DNA of 52,483 nucleotides from Gemmatimonadota bacterium (GCA_040389905.1 JAZJZK010000050.1:12689-65171), one strand, 5' to 3'. Numbered from the stretch's first letter, positions 34,002-44,380 are shown. A program made the numbers and translations. The notes: generated by a model not told the origin, from the sequence alone.

Positions 34002-35237
34002 TCATCCTTCGAGTCGCTGGGCCTCTCGCCAACGTCTCGGCGTCGTCGAGGAGAAATCGAACTGTCCGGGTCGCCCGTACCCTAGCATCACGCGAACCCA
34101 CTCGTCCGCCAGTTCGTCGTCGCTGAAGTTCCAAGGCGTGGTCGGCTCAACGTTTGGCGCGTCGGCATACAGACTTTCGGCGGTAGCGGACCACAGTAGG
34201 TATTCGTTGGCGAAGATCTCAATTCCGGCCAATCGGTCAAATAGCTGACGGTTCATCTCGAAGTGGAAGAACGCCTCACCCAAGTCGGCGAGATTCGCCC
34301 TCACTTCGGGATCGCTGTATTCGCTGAACCCACCGGAAGCTGCGAGCAGGCTAAGCGGATCAGGACGCACTGATGCGGATGAGCCGCGAACAGGCTGGGT
34401 CTCTTCAAGCCAGAACGCCGTGGCGAGGCACGAACCGCTTCCACACGAGGACAAAGCTCGCGCCGGAGAGTTATTGCAGATTGCCACATGCCAATGACTG
34501 TGCTCCCTTCTCGTCAATTTGGCGACGGACAACACTGCGCGGAGATGCGGAAGGTCACGGAGTAACGCGGGCGCTCGCAGCCTGAGCACGAATGAGAGAT
34601 TCGTTAGAAGTGCGTCTCGCTCGTGCATGAACTCGAGCCGTCGCAGCCGTTCTTCGACCGCCGCGAAGGATCGCCCCATCAGGCTTTCGAGCTCGGAGCC
34701 CCATCGCGAGAAGAAGGCTGCTTGCTCGGCATCGCTCAACGGGATCTGCAGATACTGGAATCGTGCGGCGAGCCCTTCCGGACTGTCCAACGTGACGCGC
34801 AGGTTCTCCCGATCAAATACCTCAATTGTCCTACTGGCCGTGGCCCGACCGCTGGCGAGTAACTTCTGACGCTCTGTGACAGTGAGCTTCACGTTGGTCA
34901 TGAAGACGAAGACTTGGAACTCACCGGCGCGCTCGAGCGCCTCCTTCAGATCGGATGCAAATTTACCCCGCACCCAGCTCATGTCGCCGGCCGAGTCCTT
35001 AGGAGAGTTCCTGAATCCGATGGCGCCGACGGCGCGCTCGCCATTCGTGAACGTGGCCTCTAGATCGCGCGCACCGTCGGGACCGCCCATCGGCTGACGA
35101 GGTTGCACGTTCGTAAATCGACGGTCGAGGGAAAGTATCTGGACGCAGAGTCGCTCTCTCGCAGGCTGGTCGCCGTTCAGCCAATTCCGGAGTCGTTCGT
35201 CCGTGAGCTTCGGTTGGCCGTCAGGATCAGGAGGCAT
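34002..35237 (-). CDS. Hypothetical protein with a restriction-endonuclease-like N-terminus
   Basis: ERLCVQIL..PMGGPDGARD, KFASDL, FVFMTN, FDRENLR pattern seen in REase-like effector domains; intact 411-aa ORF. Confidence 0.6.
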   Translation of the reverse strand: MPPDPDGQPKLTDERLRNWLNGDQPARERLCVQILSLDRRFTNVQPRQPMGGPDGARDLEATFTNGERAVGAIGFRNSPKDSAGDMSWVRGKFASDLKEALERAGEFQVFVFMTNVKLTVTERQKLLASGRATASRTIEVFDRENLRVTLDSPEGLAARFQYLQIPLSDAEQAAFFSRWGSELESLMGRSFAAVEERLRRLEFMHERDALLTNLSFVLRLRAPALLRDLPHLRAVLSVAKLTRREHSHWHVAICNNSPARALSSCGSGSCLATAFWLEETQPVRGSSASVRPDPLSLLAASGGFSEYSDPEVRANLADLGEAFFHFEMNRQLFDRLAGIEIFANEYLLWSATAESLYADAPNVEPTTPWNFSDDELADEWVRVMLGYGRPGQFDFSSTTPRRWREAQRLEG

Positions 35238-35559
35238 AAGCGAGGAAGGGGAGGGTCGTAGGGGCCCAGCTCGTCAACCGTCGTACCGAACAGCGAAAGG
35301 TCGGCACATCGGCGCGAACGGCAAGAGGGCCGACCATCATCTGGCCGACCCCGGCGCGCCTCCCACTACGCCCTTGTTCGTAGGATGGGGCGCCTATTCG
35401 TCGTCGGTGTCCGTGGTCGGTGACTCCTCGAGCGCGCGCTTTCCTGCCTCGGTGATCTCGAAGCACACGGCGCGCGATGCGCTGGCGGTACTGGCGCTGG
35501 CGCCGCTCATGAGACGAGTTCGCCGCGCAGTAACGCGCGGAGGTCGCGGAGTCGCCCGA

Positions 35560-36327
35560 TGAAGTGCTCCACGTCCAAGCAGGGCCCTCGTTGTCCATGT
35601 TCGCGCACGTCGGGCACCACGTCATGCTCGATGAGGACCAAACCTTTGGGATGCTCGCGTGGCCGCACTCGGGGTTCCATGTCCATACGGCAGCCTGGAT
35701 CCCTGAGGATGATCGGCCTTCGCGAAACGTCGCGCGCGCTACGGCGCCCGGAATCCGGTCGCGCTGGAGCGGCTCACTTATGACCCGACCGCGAAGGCCG
35801 TGACCTACCGCTCCGACAAGTCCGAGGGCCCCACCGCGGGCACCGAGACCGCCGACCCGCTGGAGTTTCTCGCGCGGGTGCTGACCCACATCCCGGACAA
35901 GGGGCAGGTGACCACGCGGTACTGCGGGTGGTACGCCAATCGGCCGCGCGGGATGCGGCGCCGACCGCGGTGATCGACCAGATCCTGGCGCACCTCCGCA
36001 CCCGTGCCGCCGCCGAGGCGCGGCCCGGCGCGCGGCGTCCGCCCTCGATCGGCGCGTCAGTCGCTCGTGGCGCGCGTCGACGACCGGCCGCGAGCACCGC
36101 GCCCCCTGAACGTTCCCCGCGCGCGCCGGCGTAGAGCGGGGCCGTTCGTCGTGCGCGGCGGTCCCGAATCGGGCCTGCGCCAGAAGGGCAGCCACTCGCG
36201 GCGCGGCGGACCGAACGCGCCGCGAGCCGAGCAGACGGACGAAGAGCTCCGCCCGGACCATGCGCGGCGGCATAGCGCGTCGCGCCGCGTCGCGCGATAC
36301 TTCGACGTCCCCGATTGAAATTCCTAT
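35560..36327 (+). mobile_element. Degraded IS91/ISCR-family (Y2 transposase) element ending in an oriIS-like motif
   Basis: WPHSGFHVH; LERLTYD..VTYRSDK..DPLEFLARVLTHIPDKGQVTTRYCGWYAN; VIDQILAHL; GATTGAAATTCCTAT at 36313-36327. Confidence 0.85.
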
Positions 36328-36570
36328 CCCCAACAACGACTGCTGTTTCTGCGGACGACTCGTTGTCGCGCCAAGACACAAGGTGAGCTCGACCAGATTG
36401 TTCCTAAGTTGCAATATTCCCATACTCGTGCCAATCTAACTCAAGCGAATCGTGCCGTGCCGAAACCGAACGCACCACGTGGATCGCGCTGTTTGCCGTG
36501 CGGACGCTCGCACGATATGCGGTGACGCTCGGTCCCATCATCTCAGCGCTGTCACGTATTTACGAGACAA

Positions 36571-38400
36571 ATGAGAGAGCGAGGACAAACATTGACGCGA
36601 CTACTGTATCTTTGTGTCGGGTTTGCAGCCGCCGTCGGTTGCGACCAGTCGTCTTCAACGCCTGGTCCGGTCGCGCCTTCAAGGCCCGTGGCTGTTACGC
36701 ACCTCACGGTCTTCACTGATCCGTCGTCGACGGCGCTTGCAGTGGCACGCTCACCAGACGCGCAGCAGCTCCTGTTTGTTGGCAGAAGAGACGTTCTTGG
36801 CTCACCAGCAGTGATCGTGCAAGCGATTGTCCGTTTGCAGGACTCCGGCAAGCTTGCTTGGATCACGTACGACAAGTCGGGCGCTCCGCTCGGGATAGTT
36901 GATCAAGATGGCAACCAAGCAGTGTTCGAATTGAGTACTGACGGCTCTCGCTCAGTGACCTTCATTTCGAGAGACGGGCGAGTACAGGTCAGTGCGCCGT
37001 TTGCCTTGCCGAACTCGCAGTCTTCATCTCTTGTCACAGGAAACAATGGAGCGCCGCCTGTTTCACTGACGCTCGCCGCGTCGGTCGTCAAGGCCTCCGC
37101 GTGTGAGACGATCAGCACACTTGCGGGCGCCCTTTGTCCATCAAATCAAGCAGCGGCAACTGCACTATTGGTGGCATGCCTAAGGATTCCTGCGCCCACC
37201 CTATTCAAGATCGAGTGCGAGGGCCTTGTGGCTGTCTTCATAGCTGCTTGCAAGATTGTCGCGATCGGTAATCCGGGAAGCGATCAACTACCACCAGGGG
37301 CACCCGGACCCTCGGTCTGCGATGAGAACTCAGATCGCCAGCCACCCCCTCCGCCGCCCCCATGCGTGGCTCGCGTCGGGCTGATGGATCTATATGACCC
37401 CAATACTCCGAACGTATTGTCCGTTGCCGCCGAGGCACGTTCCCTGGCGTTTTCTGTGGTTCCGCAGGGGTCGGGAGGTTGTGGCTGGACTGCAGCAAGC
37501 CTTGCGCCTTGGATGACCATTAAGGGGAGCGGAAGCGGCAACAGTTTTGGCGGCATTCTACTGGTGGATGTTTCCGAAAACTCTGGCAATGCTCGAACAG
37601 GCACGTTGGTGGTCGCTGGACAAGCAATTACGGTAAATCAGGCCGCGTGTACTGGTGCTGGAGACGTTGCTTGTCCTATAATCGCAGTTTCGTGCCTCGA
37701 CAGTCCGAAACAGCTATGTGGGATCGACATCGTGACAGGATTCTCTGCGTTGTTTGTAAACGATCCTGGCCTTGCTCCGATCTCCCAGTCGATCCGTGTG
37801 ACGAACGCAGGCAGCGGACTGCTCTCCGGCCTCTCGATCGAAGTCTATTATTCTCAAGGAGTTCCGCATTGGCTTGATGCCTCGTTAGACGCCAATCGCG
37901 CGCCAGCGACAATCGTCCTTAGGCCAGTGTCGCCTTTGGTCTTGCCTCCTTTGACCGCCTATTCGGCACTCGTTATCGTTAGGTCGACGCCGGCAGTGAA
38001 GAAAAGCCCAACTTATATTAGTACCGCTATCATCTCGCCCAATGCTCCGTCGGCAATTGCGTTGCAGAATGGGGTGCCGGTGCAAGCAACCAGTGGGCCG
38101 CCGCTGTGCACCTTCGCAAGCGTTGCATGCCGGTATTACAGCATAGTAGTGCCCGCTAACGCTACGGAGCTTACAACATCCGTCATGGGCGGAATGGGCG
38201 GCTCGATCCAGGTCCACGCCATCAGCCGCTATTCGGGAATCCCCTGGGCGCCCTCCTGTTCTGCGGGTCTAGTCTCACCAGGTACAGCCAGCTGCACAAT
38301 TCGAGAGCTAGTCGCTGGCACGTACATCATCAACTTTCAGGCCGACTTTCCGGCGTTAGGTTCTGGCGAATCGTTCCTGCTAACGGCCCAGTTTCGGTAG
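36571..38400 (+). CDS. Putative lipoprotein with BACON-like and PPC-like domains
   Basis: Lipobox AVGC; CGWTAAS.APWMTI..ARTGTLVVAGQAITVNQA; LQNGVPV..YYSIVVPANATEL; visibly lower GC than flanks. Confidence 0.72.
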   Translation: MRERGQTLTRLLYLCVGFAAAVGCDQSSSTPGPVAPSRPVAVTHLTVFTDPSSTALAVARSPDAQQLLFVGRRDVLGSPAVIVQAIVRLQDSGKLAWITYDKSGAPLGIVDQDGNQAVFELSTDGSRSVTFISRDGRVQVSAPFALPNSQSSSLVTGNNGAPPVSLTLAASVVKASACETISTLAGALCPSNQAAATALLVACLRIPAPTLFKIECEGLVAVFIAACKIVAIGNPGSDQLPPGAPGPSVCDENSDRQPPPPPPPCVARVGLMDLYDPNTPNVLSVAAEARSLAFSVVPQGSGGCGWTAASLAPWMTIKGSGSGNSFGGILLVDVSENSGNARTGTLVVAGQAITVNQAACTGAGDVACPIIAVSCLDSPKQLCGIDIVTGFSALFVNDPGLAPISQSIRVTNAGSGLLSGLSIEVYYSQGVPHWLDASLDANRAPATIVLRPVSPLVLPPLTAYSALVIVRSTPAVKKSPTYISTAIISPNAPSAIALQNGVPVQATSGPPLCTFASVACRYYSIVVPANATELTTSVMGGMGGSIQVHAISRYSGIPWAPSCSAGLVSPGTASCTIRELVAGTYIINFQADFPALGSGESFLLTAQFR

Positions 38401-38403
38401 CTT

Positions 38404-39445
38404 TCATTTCATTGTCCGCTCCGATGGTGTCAATGGCTGCGGATTGGCTGACGGTGTCGAAGCAGAAGAGTACGGATCCTTGCCCGGGTACATGCCGCTC
38501 GCCTGGAACCAGATCTGCTTCGCCACAGTGTCGACCTTATCCACGTCGCGCACGACCCATGATCCCCAGGTGATCTGCTTCTTCGCCTTGCCGGTCACCC
38601 CACCATAGAGATAGAGGTGGTTCCAGCCGTCGCGCTCGGACATCCACACGACCTCGCATCCGTGGGCGATGTCGAAGCGGTATCTCTTCGCCGAATACTC
38701 GAAGAAGGTCGGTGACTGTTCGTCGATCACGGCGCGCGCCTTTCCCGATGCGGCGTCGATCTCGATGACGCGATACACCTGATGCCCGCGCTGATTGTAT
38801 TCGAACACCATCGCTCGACCATCCTTTCGCCAATTGAGCGGCGTGACGTCATACGCATTCGGAAGAGCGCGTTGTCGACGGCAATCTGTCGCTTGCTCTC
38901 GAGCTCGAAAAGACGGGCAGCTCGACGTCGAGCACGTCGCCGGGCTTGTTGTAGAGTCGCGAGGAGTGTTTCGGCTGGACCTGATCCTCGGGAGACGACT
39001 CGACGTAGTACACCTCTCGGCGGAATCCGGGACGAACGCGATAGGCAGCGATCCGCTTCGAGTGGGGCGACCATGCTATGGAGCGCATGGCGTACGCATT
39101 GCCTTCACTGCCATCGGTGCTGAGGAAGAAGCCGTCCTTCGCGCCGACCCTCTTCACATGGATGTTGAAGTTGCGGACTGACGCATCCCACTGGCTGTCG
39201 GGTGAGACGCGCGGCGGAACGTTGTCGTTGGGCAACACGCCGTAGAGTCCACCACAGAAATCGCGTCCAGGCCCCTGACCGCCCGCCGCCGGTGCCGGGG
39301 CGCAGCGATAGTCGCTGAGCGTACAGCGGAAGCGAACGCTGTCGGGCGAGAATGTGATCGCCGAGCGGTCGCCGGCGAATGTGAGGTTGTTGAGCGGCAG
39401 TGAGTCGGCGATGATCGGGCGCTTCAGGATCGTGGTTAGCGACTG
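38404..39445 (-). pseudogene. Internal fragment of a dipeptidyl-peptidase IV (S9B) gene, frameshifted
   Basis: [63 protein letters not shown]; lacks N-terminus and catalytic domain. Confidence 0.85.
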
Positions 39446-40412
39446 GCCGGCGCGGAAGCAATGAGTTCTCGATCGAGGCGGCGGTGATCGCCAAGCGGCT
39501 CGAGGGTGTCCCCGTGAGGGTGATGTGGACACACGAGCAGGACTTCGCGCACGACAACTACCGTTCGAACGGGTGGCACTTCCTTACCGCGGGGCTCGAT
39601 GGCGCCGGAAAGGTCGTGGCGCTGCACGACGCGTTCGTGAAGATGCAGGGTGGTCCGGGAGACATGAGCGCGAGCGGCTTTCCGTTCACGGCGATCCCGG
39701 GATCGAAGGTCGTGTCGAGCAAATTGCCGGCGGGTATTCCCACGGGATGCTGGCGCTCGCCTGGCGAGAACGGGAACACGTGGGCCACGCAGTCGTTCGT
39801 CGACGAGCTCGCTCATACGGCGGGCCGAGGCCCCAAGGCATTCGCGCTCGACTTGCTCCACGCGGTTCCCGCTGGCGCGGCCGGCCGCGGCTTCAATAGC
39901 GCGAAGATGAAGGCGGTGCTCGAGCTCGCGACGGAGAAAGCCGGCTAGGGTCGTTCGCGGCCGCGCGGTCACGGGCAGGGCCTGGCGATCACGCATACGA
40001 ACAACGCGTACGTCGCGATCGTCGCGGATGTGACGGTGAGTCGCGCTGGCGAGCTCGCGATCACGCGACTCATCGCGGCTGTCGACTGCGGCACCGTCAT
40101 CAACCTCAGTGCGGCAGAGAGTCAGGTGCAGGGCGCCATCTCGACGGCATCAGCGCGGCGTGGTTCCAGAAGATTCTCATCGAGCGCGGCGCGGCCGCGC
40201 AAACAAACTTCCACGAATACCCGATGCTGCGCATGCAGCACTCGCCGCCTGTCGTCGACGTTCATTTCGTCAAGTCGACAGCTGCGCCGACTGGATTGGG
40301 TGAGCCCGGGCTCCCCGCGGCGGCGCCCGCGGTGTGCAACGCGATCTTCGCGGCGACGGGCAAGCGAATTCGCACGCTGCCAATCACAGACGTCGATCTG
40401 AAGTGGGCGTGA
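39445..40412 (+). pseudogene. C-terminal fragment of a xanthine-dehydrogenase-family (IorB-like) molybdopterin subunit
   Basis: PVRVMWT, IPTGCWRSPG, QSFVDELAH, in-frame TAG at 39946-39948, [13 protein letters not shown], frameshift, [23 protein letters not shown]. Confidence 0.88.
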
Positions 40413-40528
40413 GAATCACCGCATGATGAGCCATACCCGTCGATCGTCAGCGTCGCTCTGGGCGAATGATGACCCGCGGGCTAAACTAACCGCCAAGGCG
40501 TTCCAGCGATTCCGCGCCCGCCACAACG

Positions 40529-40576
40529 GCAGATCCCTCGCTTTCGCTCGGGATGACAACCGCGCTCGGGACGACA
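40529..40576. repeat. REP-like half element with partial tandem duplication
   Basis: gcagatccctcgctttcgctcgggatgacaaccgcgctcgggacgaca; counterpart at 33197-33226. Confidence 0.75.
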
Positions 40577-40586
40577 ACCGGTATCA

Positions 40587-41747
40587 TCAGAACGACTTCG
40601 GAAGGCCCAGCACGTTCGTCGCCACGTGCGACAAGATCAGGTTCGTCGAGATCGGTGCGATCTGATAGAGACGCGTTTCCCGAAATTTTCGCTCGATGTC
40701 GTACTCCTCGGCGAACGCGAACCCGCCGAACGTCTGCATGCACGTGTCGGCAGCAAACCATGATGCCTCCGACGCGAGCAGCTTCGCCATGTTGGCTTCC
40801 GTGCCGCACGGTGTGCCGTCGTCGAACAGGCGCGCCGCCTGGTTCACCATGAGCGACGCGGCGTGGGTCTGCACGAATGCACGCGCGAGCGGAAACTGGA
40901 CGCCCTGGTTCTGTCCGATCGCGCGGCCGAACACCTGTCGCTCGCTGGCATACCGGCTTCCGTGGTCGAGAAAGAATCGCGCGTCGCCGATGCATTCCGC
41001 GGCGATCAGGATTCGTTCGGCGTTCATGCCGTCGATGATGTAGCGGAACCCCTGTCCCTCCACGCCGATGCGATTCGCCACCGGCACGCGAAGGTCATCG
41101 AAGAACAGTTCCGTCGTGGCGTGATTGATCATCGTGCGGATCGGCCTGATCGTGAGGCCGTTGCCGACCGCCTGCCGGAGATCCACCAGCAGCACGCTCA
41201 TGCCATCGGTCGGCTTCGCGACGGACTCGCGCGCGCTTGTGCGGACGAGCAGCACCATGAGATCTGAATGCTCCGCTCGCGAGATCCACACCTTCTGGCC
41301 GCTGACGACATAGTGTTCACCGTCGCGACGCGCGAACGTCTCGATCCGTGTCGTGTCGGTTCCGCTGGTCGGTTCGGTCACCCCGAATGCCTGAAGCCGA
41401 AGGTCGCCGCGAGCGATCGCCGGTAGATACGCCGCCTTCTGCTCCTTGCTCCCGTGCCGCAGCAGGGTGCCCATGGTGTACATCTGCGCATGACAGGCAC
41501 CACCATTGCACCCCGAGCGATGAATCTCCTCGAGAATGGCGCTCGCGACGGCAAGGCCGAGCCCCGACCCACCGTACTCCTCGGGAATGAGGACGGACAG
41601 GAAGCCGGCGGCGGTGAGCGCACGGACGAACTCCGTGGGATACTCGCGAGCGACGTCGAGCGCCCGCCAGTACGGTCCGCCGAACCCGGCGCACAGCGCG
41701 CGTACCGCGTGGCGGATCTCGAGATGATCGGAGACTTCCAGGTTCAT
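40587..41747 (-). CDS. Acyl-CoA dehydrogenase
   Basis: IPEEYGGSGLG, GVTEPTSGTD, GQKVWIS, MNAERILIAAE, RQVFGRAIGQNQ, QTFGGFAFAEEY; ATGA overlap with the ALDH gene. Confidence 0.94.
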   Translation of the reverse strand: MNLEVSDHLEIRHAVRALCAGFGGPYWRALDVAREYPTEFVRALTAAGFLSVLIPEEYGGSGLGLAVASAILEEIHRSGCNGGACHAQMYTMGTLLRHGSKEQKAAYLPAIARGDLRLQAFGVTEPTSGTDTTRIETFARRDGEHYVVSGQKVWISRAEHSDLMVLLVRTSARESVAKPTDGMSVLLVDLRQAVGNGLTIRPIRTMINHATTELFFDDLRVPVANRIGVEGQGFRYIIDGMNAERILIAAECIGDARFFLDHGSRYASERQVFGRAIGQNQGVQFPLARAFVQTHAASLMVNQAARLFDDGTPCGTEANMAKLLASEASWFAADTCMQTFGGFAFAEEYDIERKFRETRLYQIAPISTNLILSHVATNVLGLPKSF

Positions 41748-43234
41748 CGGATCGAGAACGGATCGGGAGATGTCAATCCCAGGCTCGTCCAGACGGTCTT
41801 CGTCGAAAGGAACTCGTCGATCGCGTGCAAACCGTTCTCCCGCCCGTATCCGCTCGCCTTGCGACCACCGAATGGCGCCATGAAGCTGACCGCCCGGTAA
41901 GTGTTGATCCACACCATGCCAACGTCGAGATCGTCGGCCATCCGGTGCATGCGTCTTACATCCTCCGTCCAGACACCGGCCGCGAGTCCATACGGATTGT
42001 CATTGGCGATCGCGAGCGCGTCCTCCTCGTCGTCGAACGCGATCACCGACAGTACGGGCCCGAAGATCTCCTCACGGGCGATGATCATGTCGTTGGTCAC
42101 GTTGGTGAAGATGGTGGGCTCCACGAACAGCCCCGAGCCACATCCGTCCACAGTCGCCGGCCCTCCACCGAGACGCACCGTTGCGCCTTGCTGCTTCCCC
42201 GACGCCACATAGCCCAGCACCTTCGCATGCTGTGGTGGCGTCGTGATTGGACCGACCTGAGTGTCGTCACGCATCGGATCACCGAGCTGCGCGCGCCGCG
42301 CGAATGCCACGAGTTCGTCGACGAACTCGTCGTGAATGGAGCGCTGAACGAGGAGACGCGATCCGGCGATGCACGTCTGCCCGCTCGCGGCAAAGATGCC
42401 GGCGACCGCACCCTTCACTGCGTCGTCGCGCCGCGCATCCGCGAACACGATGTTCGCGGACTTTCCGCCGAGCTCCATCAAGGTCGGCGTGAGGTTGCGC
42501 GCCGCAGCTTCGGCGACCCGTCGTCCTGTCGACTCACCGCCGGTGAAGGCCACCTTCCGTATCTCCGGATGCGCGACCAGAGGTGCGCCCGCCTCATCAC
42601 CGAGACCGGTGATGACGTTGATCACGCCGGCGGGAAAGCCTGCTTCCTCAGCGAGATGCACGAGCTCCAGCGCAGATGCCGACGTGAACTCCGACGGTTT
42701 CCAAACGACCGTGTTCCCCGCGGCCAGTGCGGGCGCGAGCTTCCACGTGGCCAGGAGGAGCGGTGAGTTCCACGGCGTGAGGATGGCCACCGGCCCGAGT
42801 GGCTCGCGCTTTGTGTAGGTGAAGTAGCCCGGCTTGTCGAGCGGAAGCACCGACCCTTCGATCTTGTCCGCGAGGCCACCGAAGTATTCCCACCATCGCG
42901 GGATGTATCGGAGCTGCGCGCGCATCTCCGTAATGAGCTTGCCGTTGTCCGTGACTTCGATTTCGGCCAGTCGATCCGCATCGCGCGCGATGAGCGCGCC
43001 CAGACGTACGAGGAGGCGGCCGCGATCGCTCGGCGTCATCTTACGCCACGATGGATGCCGGAATGCTCGCTGCGCCGCCAGCACTGCGGCGTTCACGTCG
43101 TCCGCGTCGCAGCGCGGCACCGACGCCCACACTTTACCCGAGAATGGGTTGACGGAGTCGAGACGCCGGCCACTCGCGGCCTCGCACCATTCGCCGTCGA
43201 TGTAGGCGCGGTAGTGGGTGGGTTCAGTGATCAA
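41744..43234 (-). CDS. NAD(P)-dependent aldehyde dehydrogenase
   Basis: PWNSP, KPSE, FTGG, ELGGKS, GQTCIAGSR, EEIFGPV, SGYGRENG. Confidence 0.95.
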   Translation of the reverse strand: MITEPTHYRAYIDGEWCEAASGRRLDSVNPFSGKVWASVPRCDADDVNAAVLAAQRAFRHPSWRKMTPSDRGRLLVRLGALIARDADRLAEIEVTDNGKLITEMRAQLRYIPRWWEYFGGLADKIEGSVLPLDKPGYFTYTKREPLGPVAILTPWNSPLLLATWKLAPALAAGNTVVWKPSEFTSASALELVHLAEEAGFPAGVINVITGLGDEAGAPLVAHPEIRKVAFTGGESTGRRVAEAAARNLTPTLMELGGKSANIVFADARRDDAVKGAVAGIFAASGQTCIAGSRLLVQRSIHDEFVDELVAFARRAQLGDPMRDDTQVGPITTPPQHAKVLGYVASGKQQGATVRLGGGPATVDGCGSGLFVEPTIFTNVTNDMIIAREEIFGPVLSVIAFDDEEDALAIANDNPYGLAAGVWTEDVRRMHRMADDLDVGMVWINTYRAVSFMAPFGGRKASGYGRENGLHAIDEFLSTKTVWTSLGLTSPDPFSIR

Positions 43235-43811
43235 GGACGCTCACCTCTTCGAGGCCGAGCGACCGTCGGAACCTCGACTTCAGCGTTACGCCATCACGCT
43301 CCGGTAGCACCCTCGGCTCGTCGCGCGACTCGATGCGGATGCGCGCGAAGAGCGGCCCGCGGCGTTCGTGCATCGCCGCTCGGAATTCCTGAAGTTGCTC
43401 ACCGTCTTCCACGTCGTGCACCAGCGCTATGCCGCACGCTGTCGCGACGTTCTGGAGACGCGCGCGGCCGGCGGTGTGGCTCGGCTGCATTCCCGTCTCA
43501 CCGTAGTGACCGTTGTCCAACACCGCGATGGCGAGATTTGGGGGGTTCCGGTGCGCCACGGTCGCCAGCGATCCCAGGCCCATGAGCATTTCGCCATCGC
43601 CCGTCACCACGAGGACCTTCCGCTTCGGCTGCGCGAGCGCGAGACCGAGTCCCACCATGACGGCTCCACCCATCGCGCCCCACAAGTAGAAATTTTCGTC
43701 GGAATCACCCGCCGCTGCGACGTCCCATGTCGGAGAACCGAGTCCAGAGACGACGAGCAGGTCCGGTCTCTCGCGGAGAAGCGTGGCGATCACATCTCGG
43801 CGGTTGAGCAT
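43224..43811 (-). CDS. TPP-dependent decarboxylase beta subunit (ComE / phosphonopyruvate decarboxylase-like)
   Basis: FYLWGAMG; GDGEMLMGLGSL..LDNGHYGETGMQ TPP-binding motif. Confidence 0.9.
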   Translation of the reverse strand: MLNRRDVIATLLRERPDLLVVSGLGSPTWDVAAAGDSDENFYLWGAMGGAVMVGLGLALAQPKRKVLVVTGDGEMLMGLGSLATVAHRNPPNLAIAVLDNGHYGETGMQPSHTAGRARLQNVATACGIALVHDVEDGEQLQEFRAAMHERRGPLFARIRIESRDEPRVLPERDGVTLKSRFRRSLGLEEVSVLDH

Positions 43812-43813
43812 GA

Positions 43814-44359
43814 TCACCAACGCTTTTTCCCAATGAGACATTGCGACAACAGGACGGCCACGCCCACCGATTTCGTAAACGCCGTGTCGATGGCCGCCGC
43901 GACAACACCCTCCACCTCGTCTTCCGTTTCCACACGCGAGACGTGCACGTCGCACAAGCGAAGCACGTCGGGGGTCATTGTGCCCATGGGGACCTGCCAT
44001 GGATTGAACTCCTCCCACTCGCCACGCATGGTCACCAGCGTGAGGAAGGGGAAACGGCAGGTCTTGATGAGCGACAGCATGTTGATGCAATTCCCGACAC
44101 CGCTGGATTGCATGAGGAGCGCCGCGCGGTCGCCACCGAGCCACGCCCCCGCGGCGAGTGCCACACCTTCCTCTTCGGTGGTCAGCAGCACGTCGTCGAT
44201 TTCGCTGTCGTCGCGGCAGCGCTGAATCAGGCGCGCATGGCCGGCGTCCGGTACATAGCCCACCTGCTTGATTCCGCCCGCCTTGAAACATGCGAAGATC
44301 TGGTCGGGCCACGCCGCCTCGACAGGCGAGCGAAGTTCGTCAGGTTGACGGGTCTGCAT
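43814..44359 (-). CDS. TPP-dependent decarboxylase alpha subunit (ComD-like)
   Basis: YVPDAGH, TTEEEGV, MQSSGVGNCINML, MRGEWEEFNPWQVPMG. Confidence 0.9.
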   Translation of the reverse strand: MQTRQPDELRSPVEAAWPDQIFACFKAGGIKQVGYVPDAGHARLIQRCRDDSEIDDVLLTTEEEGVALAAGAWLGGDRAALLMQSSGVGNCINMLSLIKTCRFPFLTLVTMRGEWEEFNPWQVPMGTMTPDVLRLCDVHVSRVETEDEVEGVVAAAIDTAFTKSVGVAVLLSQCLIGKKRW

Positions 44360-44380
44360 GTGGGGGACTAGGTTCGCGGA

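Noticed and set aside
35227..36423. 398-aa minus-strand ORF
   Set aside because: Arg/Pro-rich antisense of the IS91 remnant.
39946..39948. In-frame TAG as pyrrolysine or readthrough
   Set aside because: It sits where Trp (TGG) is expected in a gene that is also truncated and frameshifted; a nonsense mutation is simpler.
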